From NCBI GenBank assembly GCA_964016885.1, contig OZ024740.1:220348001-220412000 (forward strand): DNA of 64,000 bases, read 5' to 3'. The stretch is from Eledone cirrhosa (lineage: Eukaryota). The position numbers and the translations under genes are program-made. The notes beneath the pieces were generated by a model. The model worked only from the letters and a program-made list of their open reading frames with translations, did not search any database and had not been told where the DNA came from. This document shows positions 39,841-52,400 of the stretch, piece after piece; positions within the stretch are counted from its first letter, which is position 1; each line of letters starts with the position of its first letter.

Positions 39841-42769
39841 TTATTTTAATACAATGAGTAGATATTTCAGTTGATGAACAGAAGTACTCATCATCAAAAC
39901 TGAGTGTCCATTTACTTTATATTTATAAATGATTCTCCCATTCCTATTATTTGAAACATTACTACTGAAATAATACAGCTATTACCCTTCTGTGTTGATG
40001 TTCATATTTGAACTTTATTCGGGTTTTTTTATCGTTTTAGAAGCTATGAACATTAGATTTTTTTTTTTAAATAGCAAACTAATTACTGTATTTCCTACAA
40101 AAAAAAAACATTCCATAAACTATTACCAAGTTATTCCTATGTGACTCTATACTTAAAAGCTGTTCAGTTTTTCTTACTTTTTGTTTGTTTTTATGGTTTT
40201 ACTTTCGTTTTTGTAATTGTTTTTATGGTTTTTCTTTTTTTTTTTGCTAATTTTTATTTTAGCGGTTTCTTTCTCATCTCACCCTGGAGACTGTTTGATA
40301 TAAATAACTGACAGTTTCATTTACCAGACTAACAATCTGTGACAAGGGAATAGGCTAAGGGTGAAGAAACTCTACTAAATTTCCCAAAAACCACTTTGTG
40401 GAAGAAATTACTACATTTCTCAGGAAGATTTCAACTGCTGCTAGCTACAAAAGGTTTTTTCCTCAAGGGCAGACAGTATGCTGCTTGTGAACAAACAGCA
40501 ATACTGCATAGAAGTAAGGCTCGGGCACTGTGTGCAGAGGACCTACGAAGATTGGAAAGAAATTAAGCTTGCTCCAATGGATGTATAATAGTAGTGTGCA
40601 TGAACAACTGAGAGAGAAACTGAGCATAAGAGGGATCAGATGAGGTGTGAAAGAGAGAAAATTATATTGGTATGGACATGTGGTGCCTATGAAGGATGAC
40701 AACTGTATCAAAAGGTGTAGAGTGCTTGAAGTTGAAGAAAACTATGAAAGAGGAAGACCTGCTCTCCTACAGTCATGCCACCAAAACAAAAACTACTTAG
40801 GCCACCCTGTATGGAGATCATGCTGATGACAATAAAAAGCACCCACTCAACTCCATAAAGCAGTCATGCTGGTGACATGACTAAAAACCTAGTCCACCCT
40901 GTAAAGTGGTCATGCTAAAGACACAACAAAAAAGGCACCCACTTCACTGCTAGATGGTCGTTTTTGTGACATGATAAAAAGCGTCCAGTCAACACTGTAA
41001 TGTGGTTGGCATTAGGAAGGCCATCCAGTCATAGAAACCAAGCCAGAAACAGTTCCATATGAGCAAGACACAGTCACCTGACCTGACTTATCTCACAATG
41101 AGATGACTCAGCTAACCCATGCAAGCATGGAAACTAGACGTTGAATGTTGATGATGATGATATATGTATGTAGGGCAAAGAACTCATAAGAGTCAATGGC
41201 CATCCAAAAGTGTGTAAATATGTATATACACATGTACATATGTATGTATATGTGTATATGCATGGGTGCATGTGTATGTATATGCGTGGGGACAGAAATA
41301 GTCAGGTTGGACACCCAATCGCGCGGTTAAACCACTGGGAGTGAAGGGCTCCTAGCCTTTGTCAGGGTTTCTTCTAGGAGAAGGCAACTCAGGAAACTGG
41401 GATAACTCCGATATAAAACCTGCGGCTCGGTAGTTACCGATGATGTTGATCTTTTCTTCTTTTCGGGTTATAGCTACTGTTGTTCAGAGAGTGGGATTGG
41501 CTCAGTGCACAGTCTTTCCTCACTTTAAAAAATATCTTCACGCACAGGCATTGCACGATAGAATTAATTAATAATTATTAATAATGGTATATCGTGCAAT
41601 GGCCGTACTCGATAACGAGGAAGCAGCCATCATCATGTATGTAGGCAGGCAGGTATATATATATATAGAGGGAGATGGGCAGAAAGACAAACAGTCAGAT
41701 AGATAGACAGATAAACCAGAAGCAGGCTGTCAGAGAAGGTAGATTTCTAATGTGGAAGATGTACAAGAGTAGTTAACTGTAATAGTGCAAATGAAATAGA
41801 TTCCTTTAAATGCCCAGAAGACTTTTGTTACCTATGTGACCTAATTAGCAGAGGAGTTGGGTGTTCTGAAAGCATAGTTACCAGATTAAGAATAGGTATG
41901 ATGCATGGATAGAGTTGTATGAAGCATGCATATATTCTAGTACAACACCGGTTGTTATCGGTGACAAGATATAAGGGAAATAACTCTGCATTGAGCTAAC
42001 AATAATCATAGGCAATAGTTATCTCCATTTACCACAAAAGACTATGAGGCCCTTTTACAGACCACATCAATAATAGATGACAGTGACGTCATCATTCCTG
42101 GCTGGCGACTTCAATAGACGTGTTGGTAACACCAGGATGGCTACTTTGGGAGTGCATGGTGGCTATAGATATGGTTTAAGAAATGAAGAGGTATCAAGGA
42201 TCCTAGAATTTTGTGATTCAAAAGACCTATAATCATAAATTTGCATGGTATGGTGCCATGACTCCTGAAGTTGTAGACATACAGCGTTTCTTGGGCATTT
42301 TAAACCTGGCGGTGCCCATCCCTCTCCAGGTCTGAACACAGCAGATTTCTTCCAGAGAAGGATAGAATATGAGAAAGTGGAAATGAGAAAGAGATATAGA
42401 AGAATCAACCCCAGTACTAGACTGGTATTTTTTTTTATTGACCTCAAAAGGATAGTCGACCTTGGCGGGATTTAAACAGAGAGCAAAGAGCCGGAACAAA
42501 TGCCTCAAAGTATTCTATATGACGTTCTAATAAACTCTACCAATTTGTTGCCTTTGCATAGATCACCATAAATTTGCATAAATTAACATAAATTATGTTA
42601 GACTGAAAATATTGGTATAAATTTTCCATAAATTACAATGTGTAAAAATTTGCATAAATTAGCAAATTCCCCAAGCATATGATGCATTTATAGAGGTTCA
42701 CTTGTTTTCAGAGAACTTTATCAAGATAGGGTTAAACATATAGCTGATTGGCCTACCATAATAGAACAA

Positions 42770-43580
42770 ATAAACCTCTATGTAGAAATAGCAGCCAAAT
42801 CTCCCTCGAATCAGTCATTCCTGTCTGAAAACAAGTCAACCTCAATGTGGTCGCTATCGATGTTAGAAATAGCAATTAAATCTCACCGTCGTCTGAAAAC
42901 TAGTTAACCTCTATGTGATCACTATACATGCCAGAAATAGAGGTCATGTATCCCTCAAATCTCATATTAACATCGTAGAACAAGCAAAGCTTAATCTGGT
43001 TGATACACAGGCTAGAAATAGCAGCAAATCACCCTTGACTCAATCATTCACATCTGAAAGTTTGTGAATGCCTGTGTAATTACTACCCATGCTGCAAATA
43101 GCAAGCATGTTTCACTTTTCCATCTGAACACAAGAGAACTTCTGTGGCAGCTATCCAAACTAGAAATAATAGTCAAATCTTCCTCAATAGCAGTTGAAAA
43201 TATACGAACATCTATACAATTGTTACACATGTTAGAAATAGCAGCCAAATCTCCTTCAAATCACTCATTACCACCTGAAAACAAGTGAACTTCAGTGTAA
43301 ATACTGCTTAACCCTAGGTTAGTCAGTTTCCATTAAAACAAGCTAACCTCTATGTGGATGCTTCACATGTTAGAAATAGCAGCCAAATCTTCCTCAAATC
43401 ATATATTACCATAATAGAATAAGCAAACTTTTGTGTGTTCAAGACACATGCTAGGAATAATAGTCAAATCTAACTCAAATCGCTCATTCCTATTGGCAAA
43501 CAAATGGGCTTCTATTTGATCATTAGACATGCAGCAAATAGCAACCAAATCTCTCTCAAATCACTCATTCCTGTCTAAAA
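42770..43580 (+). repeat. Degenerate tandem array, ~70-80-bp period
   Basis: Recurring TAGAAATAGCAGCCAAATCTCCCTCAAATC and AACCTCTATGTG, about 10 times. Confidence 0.75.
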
Positions 43581-44215
43581 GGAAAAAATATTTTAGAAGG
43601 AAATTACTGGAGATTTTCTATTTTTTAACACCAACTACTTTATGGAATAGAGTATTTTATGATGGCCCAACACTGGAGAGGTTATGTCCTCAGCAGGACT
43701 TAAGAATTCTCTATATCCTATGTTGTCTTCACTCAATACAGAAAAAAAAGATTAATTTGCAATGATAAAAATGATTTTATATATAGTTCCTATAAAACAT
43801 TTCTTTCAAAAAGAATAATATTGTATTAAATGTTAATGTTGAGTTATTCTTAATAATGCATGCATGAGCCCGTAACTCCTGAGGGAGCTGTAGGGACATT
43901 GTATTGATGTACAGCATTTCTAGTTTTTTTGTTTTTTAAACCTAGTGGAGCCCATCTCCTCTCCAGGTCTGAACACAACAGATTTCTTCCAGAGAAGGAT
44001 AGAGAGTGAGAGAATGGAAGTGAGAAAGAGATATAGTAGAAGACTGGTACTTTTTTTATTGATCTCAAATGAATGAAAAGATAAGTTGACCTCGGTGGGA
44101 TTTGAACTGAGAGAGAACAGAAACAAATACCGCAAAGCATTCTATCCAATGTTCTCACAACTCTGCTAATTTGCCACCGCTGTTCTTATGCATTATTTTA
44201 AACTATTAATCTTAT

Positions 44216-44396
44216 GGATTTGCAGTATCGGTAGAGGGTCGGACGCCATGCTTTCCAGCATAGTTACGTCCCTTTACGATCTGAGTTCAAATCCCGCTGA
44301 GGTTGACTTTGCCTTTCATCCTTACGGGGTCGATAAAATAAAGTACCAGTAATGCACTGGGTATTTGTTGGCCTTGTGCCTAAAGTAGAAACAATT
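44216..44396 (+). mobile_element. Nin/Deu-like SINE with TSD ATTAATCTTAT
   Basis: Family consensus; direct repeat on both flanks. Confidence 0.84.
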
Positions 44397-47300
44397 AATC
44401 TTATCTTTAGCGATAAATATATTTTTTTATATTCACCTATATCACAATAAAATGCACTCAGTATGCTGTTGTGGGTGGTGTTATGAAGGGCATCCAACCA
44501 TAGAAACCATGCCAAATGTGGCACTAGAATCAAGAAATAATTTCCAAACCTGTCTAGTCTCAAACCATAACCTGTCTAACCCATGCCAGCATGGAAAGCA
44601 GACATAAAACGATTACGATAATGACATTCCTTTTCAGTGGGAGATCAAATTAATTGAAATATAACATTGATGTAAATAATAATTATTATTATTTTGTCTT
44701 GTTTTCTATGCTGGCATGAGTAAAACGGTTGTTACACCCCAAGTCAGCTTTTAATTAGAGTTACTGCCTTCCTAGATGTTCCACTTTTAGCATGATTTCT
44801 ATGGCTTGGTGTTCTTCCTAACACCAACCACTTTACGGAGTATACTTGGTGCATTTTATTTTGGCACTAACAGTAGAGAGGTTGTCAAGTCCTGAACATA
44901 ACTAAAGAGTCTTCTCTATTCTATGTTGTCTCCATCAATCACCAACTACTTTACAGAGTGTACTGGGTGCATTTTGTTTTGGAACTAACAGTGGAGAAGT
45001 TGTCATGTCCTAAACAAGATTCCTCTCTATCCTACATTGTTTCCAGTCAATCACCAACCATTTTACAGTACACAGGCACCATCAGTAGAGAGGTTGCAGT
45101 GTCCCTGGCAAAGCTAAGACATTTTCTCCACTCTACATTGTCTTTGTTCTTTGAAGCCAAACATGATCAAAAGTGTGATTAGGAGAGGAAGGAAACAATG
45201 GCCAGTGTGACAAAAGAGACAAAAGAGGGGGGGGGGGCTATAGATATAAGTATGAAGGAGGAAAACAGTGATAGGGTGGTAGGGGGGATGTAGAGAGACA
45301 ATTGTTGCTACATGTTGGTTGGTTGGTAATAGTGGGTTTGAGGAGGGCTAGGAAAGAAACATGAGCAGCATGAAGGGATAGCAATAGAAATATGTTATAT
45401 AAGTGATGAATAGCAGCAGAGATATGGATGGATATGAATGTGATGTAGATATATGTGAAAAATTCATCTCTAAAATGAGGTTAATAGTCAAGAAATATAT
45501 AATCTTATGTATATTCTATTAAATTTATCAGTTGTCTTTTGTGTTATGTATATTTTACAGTTTAATATTATTTAATTATCTTAAGGAGAAACTGTGTATA
45601 TCTTGTATACTATAACCCAGCATGTCATAAGAAGCAATTGAAAAGGTTGGTACCAAGAAAGGCATCCAGCTGTAAAACATTGCCTCACTGAGGTCCAGAT
45701 GATCAATGTGAAATCTGGGATGGGATCTGCTAGGTTAACCTCTGCTTTAACAGGAAAAATGGCCTTAAAATACTTGTTGGCATCTCAAATAGAGAATGAA
45801 TCTTAATACTTTATGTGTGAGGTGCTACTACAAACAATGCTCTAAGCAACTTCATTTGAAAATATATACAAAACCTGCATTTTGAGATATATTTGCATCC
45901 ACTTTTCCAGGCTGACATGGGTCGGATGGGACTTTTGAGTCAGTGTCTTATGGACAGATGCTCTTCCTGACATTAACACTTTTAGTCACTACTTACAAAA
46001 TGCATGAAAACAGTGTAACTAGTCTAAAATCTCGGATATACACAGTATATTAATAAATAAGTATCAACAACAATTAGTATAACTGAAATAAAGAAATAAG
46101 TGGGTAAACTTTAAAATATTCAATTGGTGATGGTTCTTTTTAATAGAGCTTCCAATTAAATTTCTATGATTGATATAACAAAAACAAAAAATAAAACTTT
46201 CATTTATAATTTCAAAATTTCTTTACATCAAGTTTAACAATTCTGAGTTGTTCCTTGACAGGTTTCTTCTCAGAGAGCTGCCTGTCTGACACATTGATCC
46301 CCATCAACAACTAACTCTTTTCAAGATGCAATATTTTCAATACTTAATCAAAATTTTCAAGCTCTGTATATGAGCCAGGATGTGATGTTTTCGACCGACT
46401 GTTAAGTTTATGTCACCAAGAAATTTTCCTTGCCCTATCGGCGACACCAGTGTCGTGTCTTGTTTATTTATTTCTGTGCATAGGTAATTGAACAAAGAAC
46501 TGTAGTTTATAAATTTCTATTCTGACACAATGAAGCACAATAAACTGTAGAACTGAAGCTAGCATATAATAACACTGAATGTAATTCTGTTATGACAGAA
46601 AGAATTGTGTACTCCTCAAACCGTTAAACTGTACTTTGAACCTGTTGGATAAAATTGTGTATCCCCCTTAAGCTGAAGCATAATATATAGGCAAAAAACA
46701 CAAGCACACTTGAAACACGGGATTAAACAATTATACAGCACTTGTTAGATAACACTCAATATGAGTTCAATACACGACACCTTTTGTAATCATACCATTC
46801 TAGAAATTAAAGTTAATTGTGAATTCTAAAGAAAATATAACTGAAAAGGCAACTAATTTCATTGGAAGGAAAATAGTTTTATTTAAGAAATGAAGATGAT
46901 AATTCTTTGGGTTACAAAACATGAAAATGTTCAGAGCAATTTCCAAGCTGATTAAGATAATAATAATCTTAAGTTGAATCAAACCTAATGATCAATAAAA
47001 TATGCTTTGGGGATTTTTCTTTGCTTTCTATTAATTTTACAACTCTCTACCAACCAACATAAACTTGTGGAAAAAATGAGAGCTTATATAAAATTAAATT
47101 GAGAGCAGAAGAGATTATAAGTATATCTATTTCTGAGATTTTAAATTTGTTTTAAAGAAAAATTCTAAATAAAATATTATTTGAATAACTAAACAAATAT
47201 TTTAATGGATATGTCCTAGAAAAAAAATACCCAATTATATAGACATTTAGTTTCATAAGGATAAATTCAATACACTAAACTAAAAAAACATTTTAAAAAA

Positions 47301-48111
47301 TTACAATAAACCCTCAGTTTAACAGATTAATAGGGAGGAAGGTGTGTCCATTAATTCTGAAATTTCATTAAATCCAAAGTAACCTGGAGGTCATTTTTAT
47401 TATTTTTTATGTAAAAAATAAAACTTCTAATATAATGTACATGGATGCACAATATAAAATTATTCAATTATAATAAAGAATATGTAAATTTTACTTCACT
47501 TTTTAACAGTGCAGCTGAAGAGTATTTTGCCATGGCTGTGGTGGTAGTACATACAGTATTGTATATTATTTGGTCCATTAAATCCGAAATCAATTAAATT
47601 GGGTTTTGTTAAACCAAGGGTTTATTGTATTTCTTATTTTAGTTTATGAAATGATTTTAATTTAATAATATTACTAAAGTAATCTTTTGAAAAATGATAT
47701 TCAAGAATGTCTTGGAATTATTTATATTGAAAACAAAATCATAATAAACATTAGCTATTTCATATTATCAGTTATTATTTTGTCTTAAAAATAATAAATT
47801 TGTTTCAATATTAAGACAGTAAATATACTTTATTTCTTACATTTGTTTGTAAATAACAAAAAGACTGTAAAATCAAACATATGGATGTTTCCTTTGAGGA
47901 AGAAAATATGAGATAATATTTTTTCCAAGACTACATTATCACAGTTACTGTTTTATTGATTAAAATTCTGCTCTAAAACATTATGGAGCTTGGCTTTCAG
48001 AACAAATATTTAATCAAATGTTCCACATTATTGAAACACATAAATGCAATAATTGAAAAAATTAATGATATTATTAATGTTATGGTAATTGCTTTGGTTT
48101 TTAGTAATACT

Positions 48112-48330
48112 TATGGTTTCTAATGTAGACACAAGGCCAACAATTTGGCAGGAGAAGAGGGAGGGAAAGTCAATTAAATCGACCCCTGTATTTGACTGGT
48201 ACTTTATTTTATCAACCCCCGGAAGGATGAAAGGCAAAGTTAACCCCAGCAGGATTTGAACTCAGAATGTAAAGAGCCATAACTAAATACCACAAGGCAT
48301 TTTGTCCGACACTAACGATTCTGCCTATCC
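48112..48330 (-). mobile_element. Nin/Deu-like SINE (older subfamily) downstream of the GLG1 stop; similar copies at 23750-23900 and 54300-54512
   Basis: gaaggatgaaaggcaaagttaacc...ggatttgaactcagaatg. Confidence 0.78.
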
Positions 48331-49297
48331 AATTAAAATAAATTATATGTAATAATATTCTAACGTTTTGTAAATTTTGATGTGACAATTTTGTTTGTGT
48401 CTGTAATAATCAGAAATAAACAGACATCAAAATACAAAAGGAACTTGGCTGAGTATACTTAAAATATAGGTGCTATCTATTTTTATCTAAATGAATAAAT
48501 AAATAACATGAGAAAATTTAAATCAAACCTTTTATTTGTTTTAGCTTAATAGGTAGAAATGTAAAGAGCTTTTTTTTTAAATATATTTTGTAAAGTTTGT
48601 TTAAATGTTTCTAACAATAGTTGACATCCAAATATGCAATCACAATAACATTTGGTGTCAGAAGTTTTTTGGGGTTTTTTAATTATTCAAAATTTAATGC
48701 CATAAATTTATACAATCTTATTTGAATATTTATATTAAAACTTATTTTGCTTCATAAGATTTCATTGAAATACTTTCAAACCATAATTTTAGTCAACATA
48801 CTGGAAATCTTTAATGCATTTGATCAGGGGACTTTTTTTCTTTCTTTTTTTTTAAAGCAAGACTGAATATTTACAAAATTTTCAGGAATATAATTTTAAA
48901 AAAAAATAAAGAACACAATTAGTAATTGTGTAAGCATGTGTGTGTAAGGGTGGTGTGAATGTGTGTATGTGTGTAAGTGTGCCTCCCCAGTAATAATTAA
49001 AGAAAGAACACACAAAAAAAAAATGTACATAATGAAAAATAGCTACATATATAAAAAAAAAATCAAGACATTTTACATTTAATTTTGTATTCTTTTTTAA
49101 CCATTCACACATTTCTTTCAAAATTTCATATTAAATTAAATTAAATTCAACAATGGAGACAAATAATATGGCACAAACAAGGTAAAACATATTTTTGCAG
49201 CAGCACAGCTATGTTTGTTCTCATTAAGGGAAGGAAAAAAAAAAAAAAAAAAAAAAATCGGAAAAAAAAAAATCTAATTATTTACATAAAAACTGTT

Positions 49298-49465
49298 CTA
49301 TTTATTTTTTAGTTCAGCTCGTTGACGTTTCGTAACTCTACCACATGTAAGACCAGCAATGAAAATAAATCCAATGAGTGTGATGATAACTCCAAGAAAA
49401 TAATATTTAGCTGGAGAACTATGCATTTCGGAAACAATTTCTTTAAAACTTTCTGGAGGAGCAAC
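49298..49465 (-). CDS. GLG1: GLG1 terminal coding exon: TM helix, short cytosolic tail and TAG stop
   Basis: VAPPESFKEIVSEMHSSPAKYYFLGVIITLIGFIFIAGLTCGRVTKRQRAELKNK*, 168 nt, preceded by TTTTAG acceptor. Confidence 0.96.
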   Translation of the reverse strand, partial: VAPPESFKEIVSEMHSSPAKYYFLGVIITLIGFIFIAGLTCGRVTKRQRAELKNK

Positions 49466-52400
49466 CTAAAATTAGAAAAAGATAAATAATTCAGGGTGAG
49501 TTTAAATGCTGTGTATCATCAACATTTTACATCTGTTTTCCAGGTTGGCATGTGTTGGACAAATTGTTAGTCTGTGACTAGACAGGTCTGAGAGACCACA
49601 TCTTGCCCATACTTTCCATAGTTTCTAATATCAATCACTTTACAGGATTTACCAGATGCATTTATAAGACATCAACACTACCAGATTAGAGTGTATTGGG
49701 TCCATTTTATTGCAATATCAGCACTATAAAAATTCTCATAAACATAAAACAATAGAGGTAATTCGAGTTAATAATCGAATAATTAAGCTTAGATTAGTTG
49801 TAGGCAGGAGACTACTGACAATCATCTCTGCCTATGCTCCCCAAGCAGGCCTAGGCAAAGAAGAGAATGACTGCTTTTATGAGCAACTTTTACAAACAGC
49901 CGCAATGACAGAGTACGGAGACATTGTTATGCTAGCAGGGACCTTCAATGGTCATGTTGGACAGCTCCAGGATGGTTACACTGGGGTACATGGTGGGCAC
50001 AGTTATGGCTCAAGAAATGAAGGAGTGAGACTTCTTGAATTTTGTGATGCAGGTACATTGACTATTTGCAACACAAACTTCCAGAAGCCTGCCAATCACC
50101 TAATAACCTACAAATCTGGTGAGCACATAAGCCAGATTGACTTCTTACTAGTTAGGCAGCGGGACAGGCAGATAGTGTCTAATACCAAGGCATACCCTGG
50201 GGAAGAATGTACACCACAGCATCGGTTAGTTGTTAGTGATATCTCAGTAAGAAAGAGATGGAATGAGACATACAGGAAGGTATGGAGAAAAAAGGTATGG
50301 AAGCTAAAAGACCTTTCACTAAAATACAAATTTAGGAAAGCCCTTCAAGATGTGTATGACGAAAAAGAAGACAATTTAGAGACATATGACATAGATAATA
50401 ACTGGAATTTCTTACGTGACAACTTACTGCAGGCTACTGATGAAACTTGTGGCTGGAGCAGAGCTCCAACCAGACAGAGAGTGACCTGGTGGTGGAACAG
50501 CACAGTAGATAAGGCCATTAGAGACAAAAGACTAGCATGGAAGGCTTGGAAAAAAGGTGGGAGTAAAGAATACAGCCGGTGTACTTAGCACGCAGGGAGG
50601 CTGAGAGTAGGTTTGCCAATGTTCTGCGACGGGAAGATCAGAGGCGTGCGGTGTTCCACATTGCAAGGCAGTGTGTCAATGCAAATCAGGATGTTGTTGG
50701 AGATAAATGTGTCCAGAATGATGCCAGTGTACTTAGTGTCATGAATGATCAGAAAAAGGAGGCCTGGAAATGTCATTATGAGAGATTGATGAATGTGGAG
50801 ATGAATGGGAGAGAGAGAAATTACCCTCAGTAGATCTGACAGAGGGACCAGCTATTGAGATTGACGAATATAGGGTCCAAGAGGCGATTAAAGAAATGAA
50901 AAATGGTAAGGTTGCTGGACCATATAGTTGCTGAGATGCTGAAGGTATCAGAGGACATAGGCACTAAACTGGTTGCACGCATCATCAATCAGGCTATATA
51001 TGGTGGTGTTATACCCAAAGACTGGTGCAGCAGTATTCTCATAAATTGCTACAAAGGTAAAGGGGATGCTCTGGAGAGGAGCAATTATAGGGGTATAAAA
51101 CTGATGGATCAGGTTATGAAAGTGGCAGAAAGGATATTAGCACAACTAATTATAGAAAGGGTGAAACTAGATGAGATGCAGTTTGGTTTTGTGCCTGGGA
51201 AAAGTACAACAGATGCCCTCTTCTTGGTGAGACAATTACAAGAGAGGTTCTTAGAGAAAAATAAGCCCCTATACTTAGCCTTTGTTGACCTAGAGAAGGC
51301 CTTTGATAGGGTACCCCGATCTGTCATCTGGTGGTCCCTAAGGAAGGTGTTGAGGAATGGCTTGTGAGGACAGTGCAAACTTTGTACAGAGGTGCTGTCA
51401 GTAAAGTCAGGGTAGGAATAGAGTTTAGTGAGGAATTCCAGATACAAGTAGGAGTACATCAAGGTTCGGTCCTCAGCCCGCTCTTGTTCATTATAGTCCT
51501 CCAAGCCATAACAGAGGAGTTTAAGACTGGCTGTCCATGGGAACTTCTCTATGCTGACGATCTGGTTCTTATGGCAGAATCAGTAGAGGAGCTAGAGAAT
51601 AAATTCTGGCTATGGAAACAGCAGTTGGAAGCAAGAGGATTGAGAGTGAACCTAGCTAAGACAAAAGTGTTGAGTAGAAAAGAGGACAAAACTCTGATTC
51701 CGTCAAGGAAATGGCCATGTTCGATATGCAGAAAAGGAACTGGCATAAATTCTATAAAATGCACACAATGCAGATCCTGGGTACACACGAGATGTAGTGG
51801 GCTAGCAGGCAAACTAACAGGTAGGGAGAAATACGTATGCAGTAGATGTACAGGGAACTTAGACAGTAGAAGTCGCATTGATAGACACATTTTTCAAATG
51901 CAGGCAGGTGCTATAGAAGTGGTGGATAGCTTCCGGTACCTAGGAGATCAGATTAGCATGAGAGGGGAGTGTTCCAAGGCCATAGTATCTAGAATAAGGA
52001 CGGGTTAGAAGTTTAGGGAGTTGCTTCTGCTGACGAAGAAGGGTTTCTCTCTCCGTACGAAAGGCTGGTTATATGATGCCTGTGTGAGGAGCGCGATGCT
52101 GCATGGTAGTGAGACACGGGCAGCAACTGCAGAGGATATGCGACTGCTGGAGAGAAATAAGGCAAGCATGCTCTGTTGGATGTGCAATGTCAATGTGCGT
52201 GAACGACCCAGCATGGATGTGTTGAGAGGGAAACTGTGTCTGAGAGTGATAGAATGTAGTGTACGAGAGAGGAGACTGCAGTGGTATGGACATGTGATGC
52301 GCATGGAGGATGACCGATTGGTGAAGAACTGCCAGGAAATGCCAGTTGAAGGAAGACGTGGTAGAAGTAGACCACGAAAAACATGGGCGGAGGTGGTGAA

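Noticed and set aside
42234-42660. Cluster of ATTTGCAT octamer motifs (also duplicated at ~59620 and ~59668)
   Set aside because: Largely explained by a direct repeat flanking a SINE and by a local 48-bp tandem duplication; no promoter context.
46440-46461. IRE-like C-GACAC-CAGTGT-cGTGTC hairpin
   Set aside because: An extra base breaks the canonical 6-nt loop, and it lies on the strand opposite to GLG1.
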